DNA from: Candidatus Giovannonibacteria bacterium RIFCSPLOWO2_02_FULL_45_28
Lineage (GTDB): Bacteria > Patescibacteriota > Minisyncoccia > UBA11713 > 2-01-FULL-45-33
DNA length: 64,000 bases
Assembly: GCA_001780725.1 (NCBI GenBank)
Contig: MFIM01000001.1
Span: 83,642-147,641, forward strand
Direction: 5' to 3'
Shown piece by piece: positions 1 through 8,412 of the stretch. Below the pieces are notes generated by a model. That model made no database searches. It was given only the letters and a program-made list of their open reading frames with translations, and had not been told where the DNA came from. How positions within the stretch are numbered: the first letter of the stretch is position 1; the number at the start of each line of letters is the position of its first letter. The translations under genes were made by a program, and so were the position numbers.

Positions 1-58
1 CAAGCTTTCCGGTTTTTGTGCCCCAAATGCCTACATGAGTATGCGCGTCAATAATCAT
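1..58 (-). CDS. Amidohydrolase-family protein, N-terminus only (runs off window)
   Basis: Manual translation MIIDAHTHVGIWG with DxHxH metal motif; ATGA overlap with galT stop. Confidence 0.65.
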   Translation of the reverse strand, partial: MIIDAHTHVGIWGTKTGKL

Positions 59-1053
59 CTTCTTAAAATTCTGGCTGTTTCTTCGGGAGCGACTTTAACC
101 ACATCTATCCCGGCGCCGAGTTCCAAGCCGCCCCATGTGGCTATTCTCGGCAAAATCTCCATGTGCCAATGATAGTGCCGCGCGTGCCGCTCTTTGGGCG
201 GGGCGGTATGTATGAAAAAGTTATAATCCGGATTTTTCAGCGTCTTAATAAAACGAGAAAAAATTACGCTCAATGCGTCCGCCAAATCATTGCGCTGCTC
301 CTGATCAATAGCCTCAAACCTGGATTCGTGCCTTTTTGGGAAAATTCTTATCTCATACGCCACCCGCGAAGCATACGGGGCCAGCACAACAAATGACTTA
401 TTTTGATAAATAAGCCGCTTTTTTTCTTTAATCTCCGTTCGCAAAACATCACAATGCACGCACCTTTTGTGTGTATGAAAATATTTTCTGGATCCTTCAA
501 TGCTTCTTTTAACATCCGGTGGAATTATCGGAATTGCAAAAACCTGGGAGTGCGGATGCGGCACGGTAGCGCCCGCGCGGGATCCGTGATTGTGAATTAT
601 TAAAATGTAATCAACGCAAGACTCGGCTGAAAGAGCCTGATATCTTGATTGGTACGCCTCAATTACCAATTCTATTTCGCCTTTTGACATGGCGCCGAAA
701 TGTCTGTCGTGCGACCTGGTTACTATAACCTCCTGAAATCCAACCCCGATCTTTGTTTCGTGTATTCCGCATCTCTCAAGCGGCGGGCAGATATTTGAGC
801 GCTCAACTACCGGATATTTATTGGGAAAAATCGCCACCCACCAGTCTTTTAAATCTTTTTTGCCTGGCGCTGGGAACCACAACAGAATTTTTTCTTGGTT
901 GGACTTTTGCGGGTCCTCAAAAGGGCATCGTGATTTTGGTGATGGCTTGCTCACCTCGCCCTTAAAAAAAACTGGTTTTTTTTGAATACCGGTGGAAACC
1001 AAAACCCAATCGCCGGATACTGGATCCTTTCTAAATTCTATCGTTGTTTTCAT
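55..1053 (-). CDS. galT: Galactose-1-phosphate uridylyltransferase
   Basis: CPF, FPNKYP and HPHSQ catalytic motifs. Confidence 0.9.
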   Translation of the reverse strand: MKTTIEFRKDPVSGDWVLVSTGIQKKPVFFKGEVSKPSPKSRCPFEDPQKSNQEKILLWFPAPGKKDLKDWWVAIFPNKYPVVERSNICPPLERCGIHETKIGVGFQEVIVTRSHDRHFGAMSKGEIELVIEAYQSRYQALSAESCVDYILIIHNHGSRAGATVPHPHSQVFAIPIIPPDVKRSIEGSRKYFHTHKRCVHCDVLRTEIKEKKRLIYQNKSFVVLAPYASRVAYEIRIFPKRHESRFEAIDQEQRNDLADALSVIFSRFIKTLKNPDYNFFIHTAPPKERHARHYHWHMEILPRIATWGGLELGAGIDVVKVAPEETARILRR

Positions 1054-1787
1054 AATTTTATTTTCTTTAATCTGCGATTAATTTTAAAAACCTCCCACAA
1101 AGTCCTGAAATAAGATCCGAACTTTACGGAAGTCCTTGGATCGTTAATCCAGTTCGCCGGAACAATCCCGATTTTGTATCCGAAGCGCTTGGCAAGCGCC
1201 AAAGTCTCAACGTCAAAAGCCCAACGATTTATTTTTGCGGAATTAAAAATTTTTTCCGCCGCGAAATCACGAAACGCCTTAAAACCGCACTGCGTATCCC
1301 AAATTCCCGGAACGGCCATCCATTGAATGTAAAGGTTTCCCATATTTCCTAAAAGCCTCTTCCACCAAACCTGCGACACCGCCTGCTTTGCGCCCGCGGC
1401 GTCTTTGGGATCTCTGGAGCAAATTACAACTTCGTAACCCTTGTCAAAAAACGCGCGCATCGCCTCAAAATGTGAAATGTCCGTAGCGTTGTCAGCGTCG
1501 GCAAAAAGGCGTATTCTGCCGTATGCGGCAAGCATGCCTTCCCGCACGGTATAACCTTTGCCCATATTTCTTTTGCGGTCAATAATCCGCAAATTTTTTA
1601 TATCGTTAACCGCTCTCCCCGCAATTTCCGCAGTTCCGTCACGCGATCCGTCGTTTACAACCAAAATTTCGTAGCTGTAAGCCTGCTCTGACAAATATTC
1701 ATGAAAGCGGCGCAGTGTTTTCGGCAACCGCTCTGCCTCATTGTAAGCCGGAACAATAACCGACAAATACACGTCAGGTTGTGGCAT
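1050..1787 (-). CDS. GT2 glycosyltransferase (dolichyl-phosphate glucosyltransferase-like)
   Basis: SVIVPAYNE, VNDGSRD, DADN, DTQCGFK, FDVE motifs. Confidence 0.9.
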   Translation of the reverse strand: MPQPDVYLSVIVPAYNEAERLPKTLRRFHEYLSEQAYSYEILVVNDGSRDGTAEIAGRAVNDIKNLRIIDRKRNMGKGYTVREGMLAAYGRIRLFADADNATDISHFEAMRAFFDKGYEVVICSRDPKDAAGAKQAVSQVWWKRLLGNMGNLYIQWMAVPGIWDTQCGFKAFRDFAAEKIFNSAKINRWAFDVETLALAKRFGYKIGIVPANWINDPRTSVKFGSYFRTLWEVFKINRRLKKIKL

Positions 1788-1817
1788 GGGTTTATTTTAA
1801 CATGCCGGAAACCAAAC

Positions 1818-1840
1818 AAAAAAGCGGCCTAGGTGGCCGC
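1818..1840 (-). terminator. Probable intrinsic terminator
   Basis: gcggcc/ggccgc stem followed by a T-run on the minus strand. Confidence 0.5.
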
Positions 1841-1856
1841 AGATAGTTTCTGTGTT

Positions 1857-2054
1857 TTACGAGCTTATCAATTCAACAGCCCTTCTCCGATCGCACTCGT
1901 GCATAGCGTTAACAGCTATGTCAGCTAAGACTGGTTTTGATGCTTCTTTGGGCACGAGTGTTTTGAGAGTCAGAAATATAACCCTTGCCGCCATATCAAA
2001 GTTAATGCTCGCTTTCGCGGAAATCTCCAATATAAGATCGTCAAATTTTGTCAT
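1857..2054 (-). CDS. Hypothetical protein, 65 aa
   Basis: ATG-started ORF followed by a terminator. Confidence 0.45.
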   Translation of the reverse strand: MTKFDDLILEISAKASINFDMAARVIFLTLKTLVPKEASKPVLADIAVNAMHECDRRRAVELISS

Positions 2055-2104
2055 TGTAAAACACCCTTTTGTTAGATTGTTCTATGGCTAATGTAGCAAA
2101 TTAA

Positions 2105-2202
2105 CTATTGCTTTGTCAATACCTCCGCGCCGGTTTTTGTTACAACAATCGTATGCTCAAAATGGGCGGCGCGGGAGCCGTCACGAGTGACCCATGTCCA
2201 GC
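2105..2202 (-). repeat. Diverged duplicate of map 3' end (partner 2604-2701)
   Basis: Encodes [31 protein letters not shown] versus map [31 protein letters not shown]. Confidence 0.9.
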
Positions 2203-2240
2203 AGTTTTGACGTTTATGTTGTTAATGTTACAATCAGCTT

Positions 2241-2432
2241 ATGGAAGTCATTACTGATTTTCTTACAGATTCAGCAAAGATAGTGTTTGGCTCTGCTGTT
2301 ATCGGATTTTTCATTCCTGGCATTGTCGGACCAATTTCGCTTACCACATTTGCCGGCGGGGCCGTTGCAACCACGGCGCTTTTGACGCTAGCAACTTTAT
2401 TATCAACTAAATTTAAAAGCATAAAACCATGA
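2241..2432 (+). CDS. Small 2-TM membrane protein, 63 aa
   Basis: Hydrophobic ORF; stop overlaps next start (ATGA). Confidence 0.55.
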   Translation: MEVITDFLTDSAKIVFGSAVIGFFIPGIVGPISLTTFAGGAVATTALLTLATLLSTKFKSIKP

Positions 2433-2518
2433 ATCCAATCGTCGTCTATATTTACGCGTTAGTAGTAGGTCTTATCGCATTTTTTATAGGCATAAAGTTA
2501 AGCCAAAAAAAGCCATGA
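2429..2518 (+). CDS. Single-TM micro-peptide, 29 aa (MNPIVVYIYALVVGLIAFFIGIKLSQKKP)
   Basis: Manual translation; ATGA coupling on both sides. Confidence 0.5.
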   Translation: MNPIVVYIYALVVGLIAFFIGIKLSQKKP

Positions 2519-2601
2519 GCACCGACACAATACTTTATATAATTTTCGGCGTTCTAGTAATTTTTTCATTTGCCGTAGCTTATTATTACGGCAGACAGTA
2601 A
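2515..2601 (+). CDS. Single-TM micro-peptide, 28 aa (MSTDTILYIIFGVLVIFSFAVAYYYGRQ)
   Basis: Manual translation; ATGA coupling. Confidence 0.5.
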   Translation: MSTDTILYIIFGVLVIFSFAVAYYYGRQ

Positions 2602-2603
2602 TT

Positions 2604-3395
2604 CTACCACTTTGTCAATACCTCCGCCCTATTTTTTGTTACTACCACCGTATGCTCAAAATGGGCGGCGCGGGAGCCGTCGCTGGTCACCCATATCCAG
2701 CCGTCGGGAGCAATTTTTACTTTTGGACTGCCGTCGGTCGCCATTGGCTCCAATGCAATAACCATTCCCTCAACAAGTTCGGCGCCGACTCCTTTTTTTC
2801 CAAAATTCGGGATTTCCGGATCCTCGTGAACAGCACTTCCGACGCCATGCCCAACAAGCTCACGGACAACACCGAAACCCTCTTTTTCTAAAAATTGCTG
2901 AATTGCGTATCCGATATCGCCGACTCGCGCTCCCGCGCGGACTTGCGCGATGCCGATTTCCAAAGATTTTTTAGTGGCTTCAATAAGTTTGTTTGATCTG
3001 CCCCAAACCGAGTTTAGGTCACTTGTTGACCTAAACTCGGTTTGGGTCACCAAAGTAAGCGCAGTATCCGTAAACAGCCCCTCCCATTGCATCCCGATAT
3101 CCAACCCCACAACGTCCCCTGCTTTCAAAACCCTGTCCGTCGGCAACCCATGCACAACTTCGTCGTTTATAGAAACGCAAAGCGAGCCCGGATAGGGCAT
3201 CGGCGCTCCCCGAACTTTGTATCCCTTAAATGAAGGCGCGCCTCCGGCTTTTAAAATCAGCTTCTCCGCCAAATCATCCAGCTCACGCGCGGAAACTCCG
3301 GCAATCGCATGGTGTGCAACTTCCTGCAAAACGGCGGCAAGTCTCTTGCCGCCTTCCCGCAAAATCTCAAGCTCTTTTTGGTTTTTGATGATCAT
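2604..3395 (-). CDS. map: Type I methionine aminopeptidase
   Basis: CVSINDEVVHG, GHGVG..HEDP, EPM and AHFEHT motifs; follows adk. Confidence 0.95.
   Translation of the reverse strand: MIIKNQKELEILREGGKRLAAVLQEVAHHAIAGVSARELDDLAEKLILKAGGAPSFKGYKVRGAPMPYPGSLCVSINDEVVHGLPTDRVLKAGDVVGLDIGMQWEGLFTDTALTLVTQTEFRSTSDLNSVWGRSNKLIEATKKSLEIGIAQVRAGARVGDIGYAIQQFLEKEGFGVVRELVGHGVGSAVHEDPEIPNFGKKGVGAELVEGMVIALEPMATDGSPKVKIAPDGWIWVTSDGSRAAHFEHTVVVTKNRAEVLTKW
3002..3046. repeat. Perfect 20-bp inverted repeat inside map
   Basis: cccaaaccgagtttaggtca-cttgt-tgacctaaactcggtttggg. Confidence 0.9.
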
Positions 3396-3994
3396 AGCCC
3401 AACTGCTTTTACAATGTCTTGATGAACTTTTTCAACAGATTGCTCACCATTTATTTCCAAAAACTTGTGTTTTGCGCTTTTTTTATAAAATTCTATTGCC
3501 GGCACAACGCGTTTTTCGTAATAAGCCATGCGGTGCTTGATGTTTTCCGGATTGTCATCTGCCCGGCCCCTAGCAAGCATACGATCGCGCACCCACTCCG
3601 CGCTGCAATTCAGCCAAATACGAAAAACGTTTTTGCGGTCATAAAAATCTAAAATTTCATCCCAAACCTCCGCCTCTATTGCTGTGCGCGGAGTCCCGTC
3701 CGCAATGATGTGATTAGATTCCGTCACTCCATGTATTAATTCTTTTGTGAAAGCCCAAATAGCCAAAGCATCCGGCGCTTTTTCTCCCGGACCAAGAATT
3801 TTGTTTTGCAGAAACCTGGCTGTCAAAAATTCAGGATGATCAAGCAGTCCTCTCAATTGCGCACCTGTAGAAATATATAGCACGCTATTCAGTCCGCTTT
3901 TATTCTCTAACAATTTCTTTAATAATTCCGCTTGCGTCCCCTTGCCGCAGCCGGAACGCCCAATGAAAGCAAAGCTGTAAAGTGCATTACTCAT
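3392..3994 (-). CDS. adk: Adenylate kinase
   Basis: GRSGCGKGTQA P-loop, DGTPR, RGRADD; between secY and map. Confidence 0.9.
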   Translation of the reverse strand: MSNALYSFAFIGRSGCGKGTQAELLKKLLENKSGLNSVLYISTGAQLRGLLDHPEFLTARFLQNKILGPGEKAPDALAIWAFTKELIHGVTESNHIIADGTPRTAIEAEVWDEILDFYDRKNVFRIWLNCSAEWVRDRMLARGRADDNPENIKHRMAYYEKRVVPAIEFYKKSAKHKFLEINGEQSVEKVHQDIVKAVGL

Positions 3995-5252
3995 ACGCGC
4001 GCAAAGATAATTGGCCCTCCACCTGCTTGGCGGTTTCTAAAACAACAGAAACGACAATCAGCAAAGCCGTGCCGCCGATAGTCAAAGTGGCAATACCTGT
4101 AAAACCCTGCACGACAATCGGCAAAACCGCGACCGCGCCCAAAAAAAGCGCCCCCACGAAAGTAATGCGCGTAACAATTTTGCTTAAAAATTCCGCCGTT
4201 GAAGCGCCCGGCCTTATGCCGGGGACGAAAGCCCCGCTTTGCTGAAGATTTTTAGAAACAGCCTGTGGATCAAAAGTTACCGCCGTATAAAAATAAGTAA
4301 ATAGAAAAACTAAAATGAAATAAGCCGCCGCGTAAGCCCAGGAACTTCCCAAAAAGTTAATCACAAAAGCCGCCACCGCCCGCAAAATAGCGCTGGAAGA
4401 GGCTGTAAAAAAATTAGCAACCATTTGCGGCAAAAGCAGGATGGAAAGAGCAAAAATAATAGGAATCACTCCGGCTTGATTCACCTTAAGAGGCAGATAA
4501 GTCGTAGTGCCGCCATACATTCTCATTCCACGGATTCTTTTTGCATAATAAACGGGAATAGGCCTGTCGCCTTCGGAAATATAAACGACGGCCGCAACAG
4601 TAACAACAGCGATAACAAAAAATGAAATGAGCGTCGGCAGCTGCGACGGATCAAATGCGATTACGGTTTGCCTGAAATCGGAAGGCAGGCGCGCCACAAT
4701 ACCCGCAAAGATAAGAAGAGACACGCCGTTGCCGATTCCGTATTCAGAAATCAGCTCGCCAATCCACATAAGCAAAATTGAACCGGCGGCAACTATAATC
4801 ATGTTCCCGAATTTTTCGTAAAAGGTTAAAAATTGCAAAATTCCCTGGCGTTCCAAAATCGTCAAAAGCCCGAAGCCCTGAACCAAAGCCAACGGCACCG
4901 TGAGCATGCGCGAATACTGATTAAATTTCTGGCGGCCGGCTTCACCTTCTTCCTGTTGCAATTCTTTTAAAGCAGGAATGAGCATCGTCAGAAGCTGCAT
5001 AATGATTGATGCGGTAATGTACGGGCCGACTCCCAACATCATAATAGAAAGATTTCCCAAGGCACCGCCGGAAAAAAGGTTCAAAAGCCCGAAAAACTGG
5101 TTTGCCTCAAAAAACTGCCGCAGTTTTTCGGCATCAATCCCGGGAATAGGAACTGAAGAAATCAGCCTGAAAATGGCCAAAAAGCCCAAAACATACAAAA
5201 ATTTTCGGCGCAAATCAATATCTTTTAAAATTAGTTTAAATTTTTCCCACAT
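3987..5252 (-). CDS. secY: Preprotein translocase SecY
   Basis: LGVGPYITASII, GIGNGVSLLIF, PGIRPG, GGTALLIVV. Confidence 0.97.
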   Translation of the reverse strand: MWEKFKLILKDIDLRRKFLYVLGFLAIFRLISSVPIPGIDAEKLRQFFEANQFFGLLNLFSGGALGNLSIMMLGVGPYITASIIMQLLTMLIPALKELQQEEGEAGRQKFNQYSRMLTVPLALVQGFGLLTILERQGILQFLTFYEKFGNMIIVAAGSILLMWIGELISEYGIGNGVSLLIFAGIVARLPSDFRQTVIAFDPSQLPTLISFFVIAVVTVAAVVYISEGDRPIPVYYAKRIRGMRMYGGTTTYLPLKVNQAGVIPIIFALSILLLPQMVANFFTASSSAILRAVAAFVINFLGSSWAYAAAYFILVFLFTYFYTAVTFDPQAVSKNLQQSGAFVPGIRPGASTAEFLSKIVTRITFVGALFLGAVAVLPIVVQGFTGIATLTIGGTALLIVVSVVLETAKQVEGQLSLRAYE

Positions 5253-5655
5253 GTTTTTTGACAGATTCCGACATCAAAATATCTTCTTCAAAGGTTAACT
5301 TTCTTGTAAGCTTTCCTGCTCCCAAAATTTTGACTTTCGGAAATTTTCCGTTTCTCGCCGCAATAAGACCGCGGTCCGCCAAAAGCTTCACAGTCACTTT
5401 TTCTCCGTCAACGAATTTTTTATCCAAACCGCCTAGATTCACCACAGCCGGCTTCATGACAAACCCGCGCCTGAACTTATAACCGCGGCGTTTGTGGATC
5501 TTCTTTATAATATCACGAATTTGCGGGCGAATCCTGCGACCGGAGCGTGATTTCTGCCCCTTAATTCCCCTGCCCGAAAATGACCCGCGCTTCCCCCCGC
5601 GGCCAATGCGTTTGTGTTTTCTCCTGTTTGATTTTAACAAATTATGAGTTTGCAT
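5236..5655 (-). CDS. rplO: 50S ribosomal protein L15
   Basis: GRGGKRG..GRGIKGQKSRSG, VKILG; start MQTHNL preferred. Confidence 0.93.
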   Translation of the reverse strand: MQTHNLLKSNRRKHKRIGRGGKRGSFSGRGIKGQKSRSGRRIRPQIRDIIKKIHKRRGYKFRRGFVMKPAVVNLGGLDKKFVDGEKVTVKLLADRGLIAARNGKFPKVKILGAGKLTRKLTFEEDILMSESVKKHVGKI

Positions 5656-5759
5656 AATGACAACCATGCTAGCTTAAAAGGGCGCGATAGACAAGGACTT
5701 GACACAAATAAACAGGTATGCTAGCTTTAAATTGGGCTTAGATTCCTTGAAAGGAGATT

Positions 5760-6251
5760 GTGATGATGGAAGAGAACCCGCCCTCTTTTGCGGTTTTAGT
5801 TGGGATAATCGTACTCTTTGGTTTGATTCTCATGGTCCTTTTCGGGCAGTCTTCTGTTTCAGATTCTCCAGATTCGCCATTTATCAAAGACAGGTTACCA
5901 TTGTTCTTCTCACCGGCTTTTGGGGACAAAGAAGACATTTTAGCTTACATTGACCTAGATGGCGACGGGAAACACGAAACTGTGTTCGGAAGTACTGGTA
6001 GGATTCACTGGGACTATGTAGGATATAATTTGTGGATATCACCCAACGAATCAAAAACCGGGCGCCGTCTGGTTTTGCAATTTAAAAAGCCTCCGGATAG
6101 GATATGTTTTACCGATATCGACCGTGACGGTATTCTGGATTTAGTTTTGGGCGTGGATGGACACACCCATGTAGCAAGAGGTGATGGTTCGGGAAATTTT
6201 AGGAGTCCCGAACTGATCAGTACTCAGAAAAGGCGAATATGTATCTCCTAA
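5760..6251 (+). CDS. Membrane-anchored protein with FG-GAP/VCBS-like DxDxDG loops
   Basis: N-terminal TM; DLDGDG, DIDRDGILDL, GDGSGNF. Confidence 0.65.
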   Translation: MMMEENPPSFAVLVGIIVLFGLILMVLFGQSSVSDSPDSPFIKDRLPLFFSPAFGDKEDILAYIDLDGDGKHETVFGSTGRIHWDYVGYNLWISPNESKTGRRLVLQFKKPPDRICFTDIDRDGILDLVLGVDGHTHVARGDGSGNFRSPELISTQKRRICIS

Positions 6252-6255
6252 TCAT

Positions 6256-6286
6256 GCGCACCACCTTCGGGTGTGGCGCTTTTTTG
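6256..6286 (+). terminator. Intrinsic terminator
   Basis: GC-rich stem with TTCG loop followed by a T-run. Confidence 0.6.
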
Positions 6287-6298
6287 TTTCAAATTTTT

Positions 6299-6358
6299 TT
6301 ATTTCCTCTCTTTCAACTTTTTCAGCGCTTCAAGGGTAGCAAGCGCGTTGGTGAGTTT
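6299..6358 (-). repeat. Duplicate of rpsE 3' end (partner 6964-7023)
   Basis: 54 bp identical, extending to 60 bp with two synonymous differences. Confidence 0.93.
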
Positions 6359-6722
6359 ACTCATTGCCGCTTCGCATTCTAATCCGATGCGGAGAGAAAA
6401 CAACAATTGAGCGGCGCAAATCTTCGGTGGCAATTTCGTCTATCATCGGGCTGATCATTTTAAGCATTGCATTTACCGTAAGTTCATTTGGAAATCTCAA
6501 AATTACGATGCCGTTGTGGCTGCTGAGTGGAAATTTTGTTATATCCGCAAAACCTAAATCCGCAGTAAAAATAACTGCGTTTTTGCTTTGTGCAAATTTA
6601 AAAATTTCTTCGTCAGAGTGGCCACGAAGCCCCACATCTCTGACATCATAAACTTCGTAACCTTTCTCGCGAAAAAGTGGCGCCAATGACCTCGGCAAAT
6701 CCTCATCAACAACAACTCTCAT
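6357..6722 (-). CDS. DUF5615 PIN-like toxin (VapC45-like)
   Basis: VVDEDLP, DEEIFKFA, FTADLGF PIN-type pattern; coupled to DUF433 gene. Confidence 0.85.
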   Translation of the reverse strand: MRVVVDEDLPRSLAPLFREKGYEVYDVRDVGLRGHSDEEIFKFAQSKNAVIFTADLGFADITKFPLSSHNGIVILRFPNELTVNAMLKMISPMIDEIATEDLRRSIVVFSPHRIRMRSGNE

Positions 6723-6946
6723 ACATAAGCAAGCTTTTCTTCTGCAACCAAACTCGCAGCATAGCGAAGCGCAGCCAAAATCTGATCCTTTGTAAGATCG
6801 TACTCTGTCATAATTTCTTCAAATGTCATGCCCCCAGCAATCTTTCCCACCACTAAGTCAACTGGCACTCTTGTCCCCTTAATAATCGGCTTCCCAAATT
6901 TCACATCTGGGTTTAAAACTATGCCATCTGCTATTTCTTTTACCAT
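6719..6946 (-). CDS. DUF433 antitoxin (VapB45-like)
   Basis: GKPIIKGTRVPV...EEIMTEYDLTKDQILAALRYA. Confidence 0.88.
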   Translation of the reverse strand: MVKEIADGIVLNPDVKFGKPIIKGTRVPVDLVVGKIAGGMTFEEIMTEYDLTKDQILAALRYAASLVAEEKLAYV

Positions 6947-6952
6947 AAATTC

Positions 6953-6981
6953 ATTGTAACAGATTATTTCCTCTCTTTCAA
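6953..6981 (-). promoter_or_regulatory. Sigma70-type promoter for the TA pair, -35 inside rpsE 3' end
   Basis: TTGAAA-17 nt-TACAAT with TGn extension, 6 nt before the ATG. Confidence 0.6.
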
Positions 6982-7425
6982 CTTTTTCAGCGCTTCAAGG
7001 GTAGCAAGCGCGTTGGTAAGCTTGTTTTTTGTGTGAGATAAAATTTTTGCGCTGGCGTTTTTCACTCCGGCCAAAGCCAGCACAGTTCTTGCGGCCCCGC
7101 CAGCGACCAAACCTTTTCCGGCTTTGCCCGGCTTTAAAATAACTCTTGCGCTGCCGAATTTTGCGTAAACTTCATGCGGTATAGATTGTTCTTTGGTCAG
7201 CGGCACAAAAAGCATATTTTTTCTAGCCTTGCGCGCCGCTTTTTCAATGGACTGCGAAGTATCTGCGGCTTTGCCCAAACCAAAGCCAACCTTGCCTTTT
7301 TGGTCGCCCAAAACCACAGCCGCGCGGAAAGTAAAACGCCGTCCGCCCGCCATAACCCTGGCGACCCTGCGAAGATCAATTAATTTTTGTTCGTATTCGC
7401 TTTTTTGTCTTTGCTGTCTAACCAT
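6964..7425 (-). CDS. rpsE: 30S ribosomal protein S5
   Basis: RRVARVMAGGRRFTF, GLVAGG. Confidence 0.96.
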   Translation of the reverse strand: MVRQQRQKSEYEQKLIDLRRVARVMAGGRRFTFRAAVVLGDQKGKVGFGLGKAADTSQSIEKAARKARKNMLFVPLTKEQSIPHEVYAKFGSARVILKPGKAGKGLVAGGAARTVLALAGVKNASAKILSHTKNKLTNALATLEALKKLKERK

Positions 7426-7521
7426 AATATAATACTAATCTACAAATCTTATGCTAATGATACGAATAACGAATAGTTTATTTGTAATTTGTTGCATTCG
7501 AATATCATTCGTTGATTTGCA

Positions 7522-7863
7522 TTATAATTTTAATCCGCTCTCTCTGGCTCCTTCAGCGGCTTTTTTGACTCGGCCATGATATTTATAGCCGCCGCGGTCA
7601 AAAACAGCCCTTGTAATTTTCTTTTCTTTTGCCAGTTTAGCCAAAAGCTTTCCTGCCTCATAAGCAAAATCTGATTTTTTTTGGCCCTTTTTCATTTTAA
7701 TATGCTTGTCTGACACTCCTAAAATGGTTTTCCCCTTATCGTCGTCTATAAGTTGTAAAAATAGGTGCCTGTTGGAGCGATAAACCGAAAAGCGCGGCCT
7801 CTCATTTGTGCCAAAAATTTTTGCCCTAACCCGCTTATGCCTTATGGTTCTTTTTGAAATCAT
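7522..7863 (-). CDS. rplR: 50S ribosomal protein L18
   Basis: RPRFSVYRSN, VFDRGGYKYHGRVK. Confidence 0.96.
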   Translation of the reverse strand: MISKRTIRHKRVRAKIFGTNERPRFSVYRSNRHLFLQLIDDDKGKTILGVSDKHIKMKKGQKKSDFAYEAGKLLAKLAKEKKITRAVFDRGGYKYHGRVKKAAEGARESGLKL

Positions 7864-7865
7864 AT

Positions 7866-8411
7866 TTATGCCGCGGCTACCGCTTTCTTGCCGGCCTTTC
7901 TCCTTATAATTTCTCCAAAATAATGTATGCCCTTGCCCTTGTATGGTTCCGGGGGCTTTTGAGCGCGTATTTCCGCCGCCACCCTCCCAACCAATTCTTT
8001 ATCAGCGCCATTTACTAAAATGATATTTTTTTCCACCTTAAAATTAATGCCTTCAGGCGCGGCAACCCGCACCGGATGTGTAAATCCCAAAGACAAGATC
8101 AGGTCGCGCCCTTCCGCCTGCGCCTTGAAGCCGATGCCCGCGATTTCCAGTTTTTTTTCGAAACCGTCCTTAACGCCCAAAATGCAATTTTTAAAAAGCG
8201 CCGCAGTCGTGCCAAGCACGGCATAAGCCTCTTTTGGAACGCGCGGTTTGAGCGAAATAAAAACCCCCTCCGGCTTTTCTTCAATGTTCGCATAAGAAGA
8301 AAACGATTTTTTCAATTCGCCTTTCGGTCCCTTAAAAACCCAAGCGCCGCGGTCATCTGTTATTGATACGCCCGGCGGCACGATTATCGGTTTTTTTGCA
8401 AGTCTGGACAT
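7866..8411 (-). CDS. rplF: 50S ribosomal protein L6
   Basis: MSRLAKKPI, PEPYKGKGI. Confidence 0.96.
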   Translation of the reverse strand: MSRLAKKPIIVPPGVSITDDRGAWVFKGPKGELKKSFSSYANIEEKPEGVFISLKPRVPKEAYAVLGTTAALFKNCILGVKDGFEKKLEIAGIGFKAQAEGRDLILSLGFTHPVRVAAPEGINFKVEKNIILVNGADKELVGRVAAEIRAQKPPEPYKGKGIHYFGEIIRRKAGKKAVAAA

Positions 8412-8412
8412 A

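Noticed and set aside
6251-6964. Absence of rpmD (L30) as a novelty
   Set aside because: An established feature of CPR genomes; used only as a taxonomic hint.
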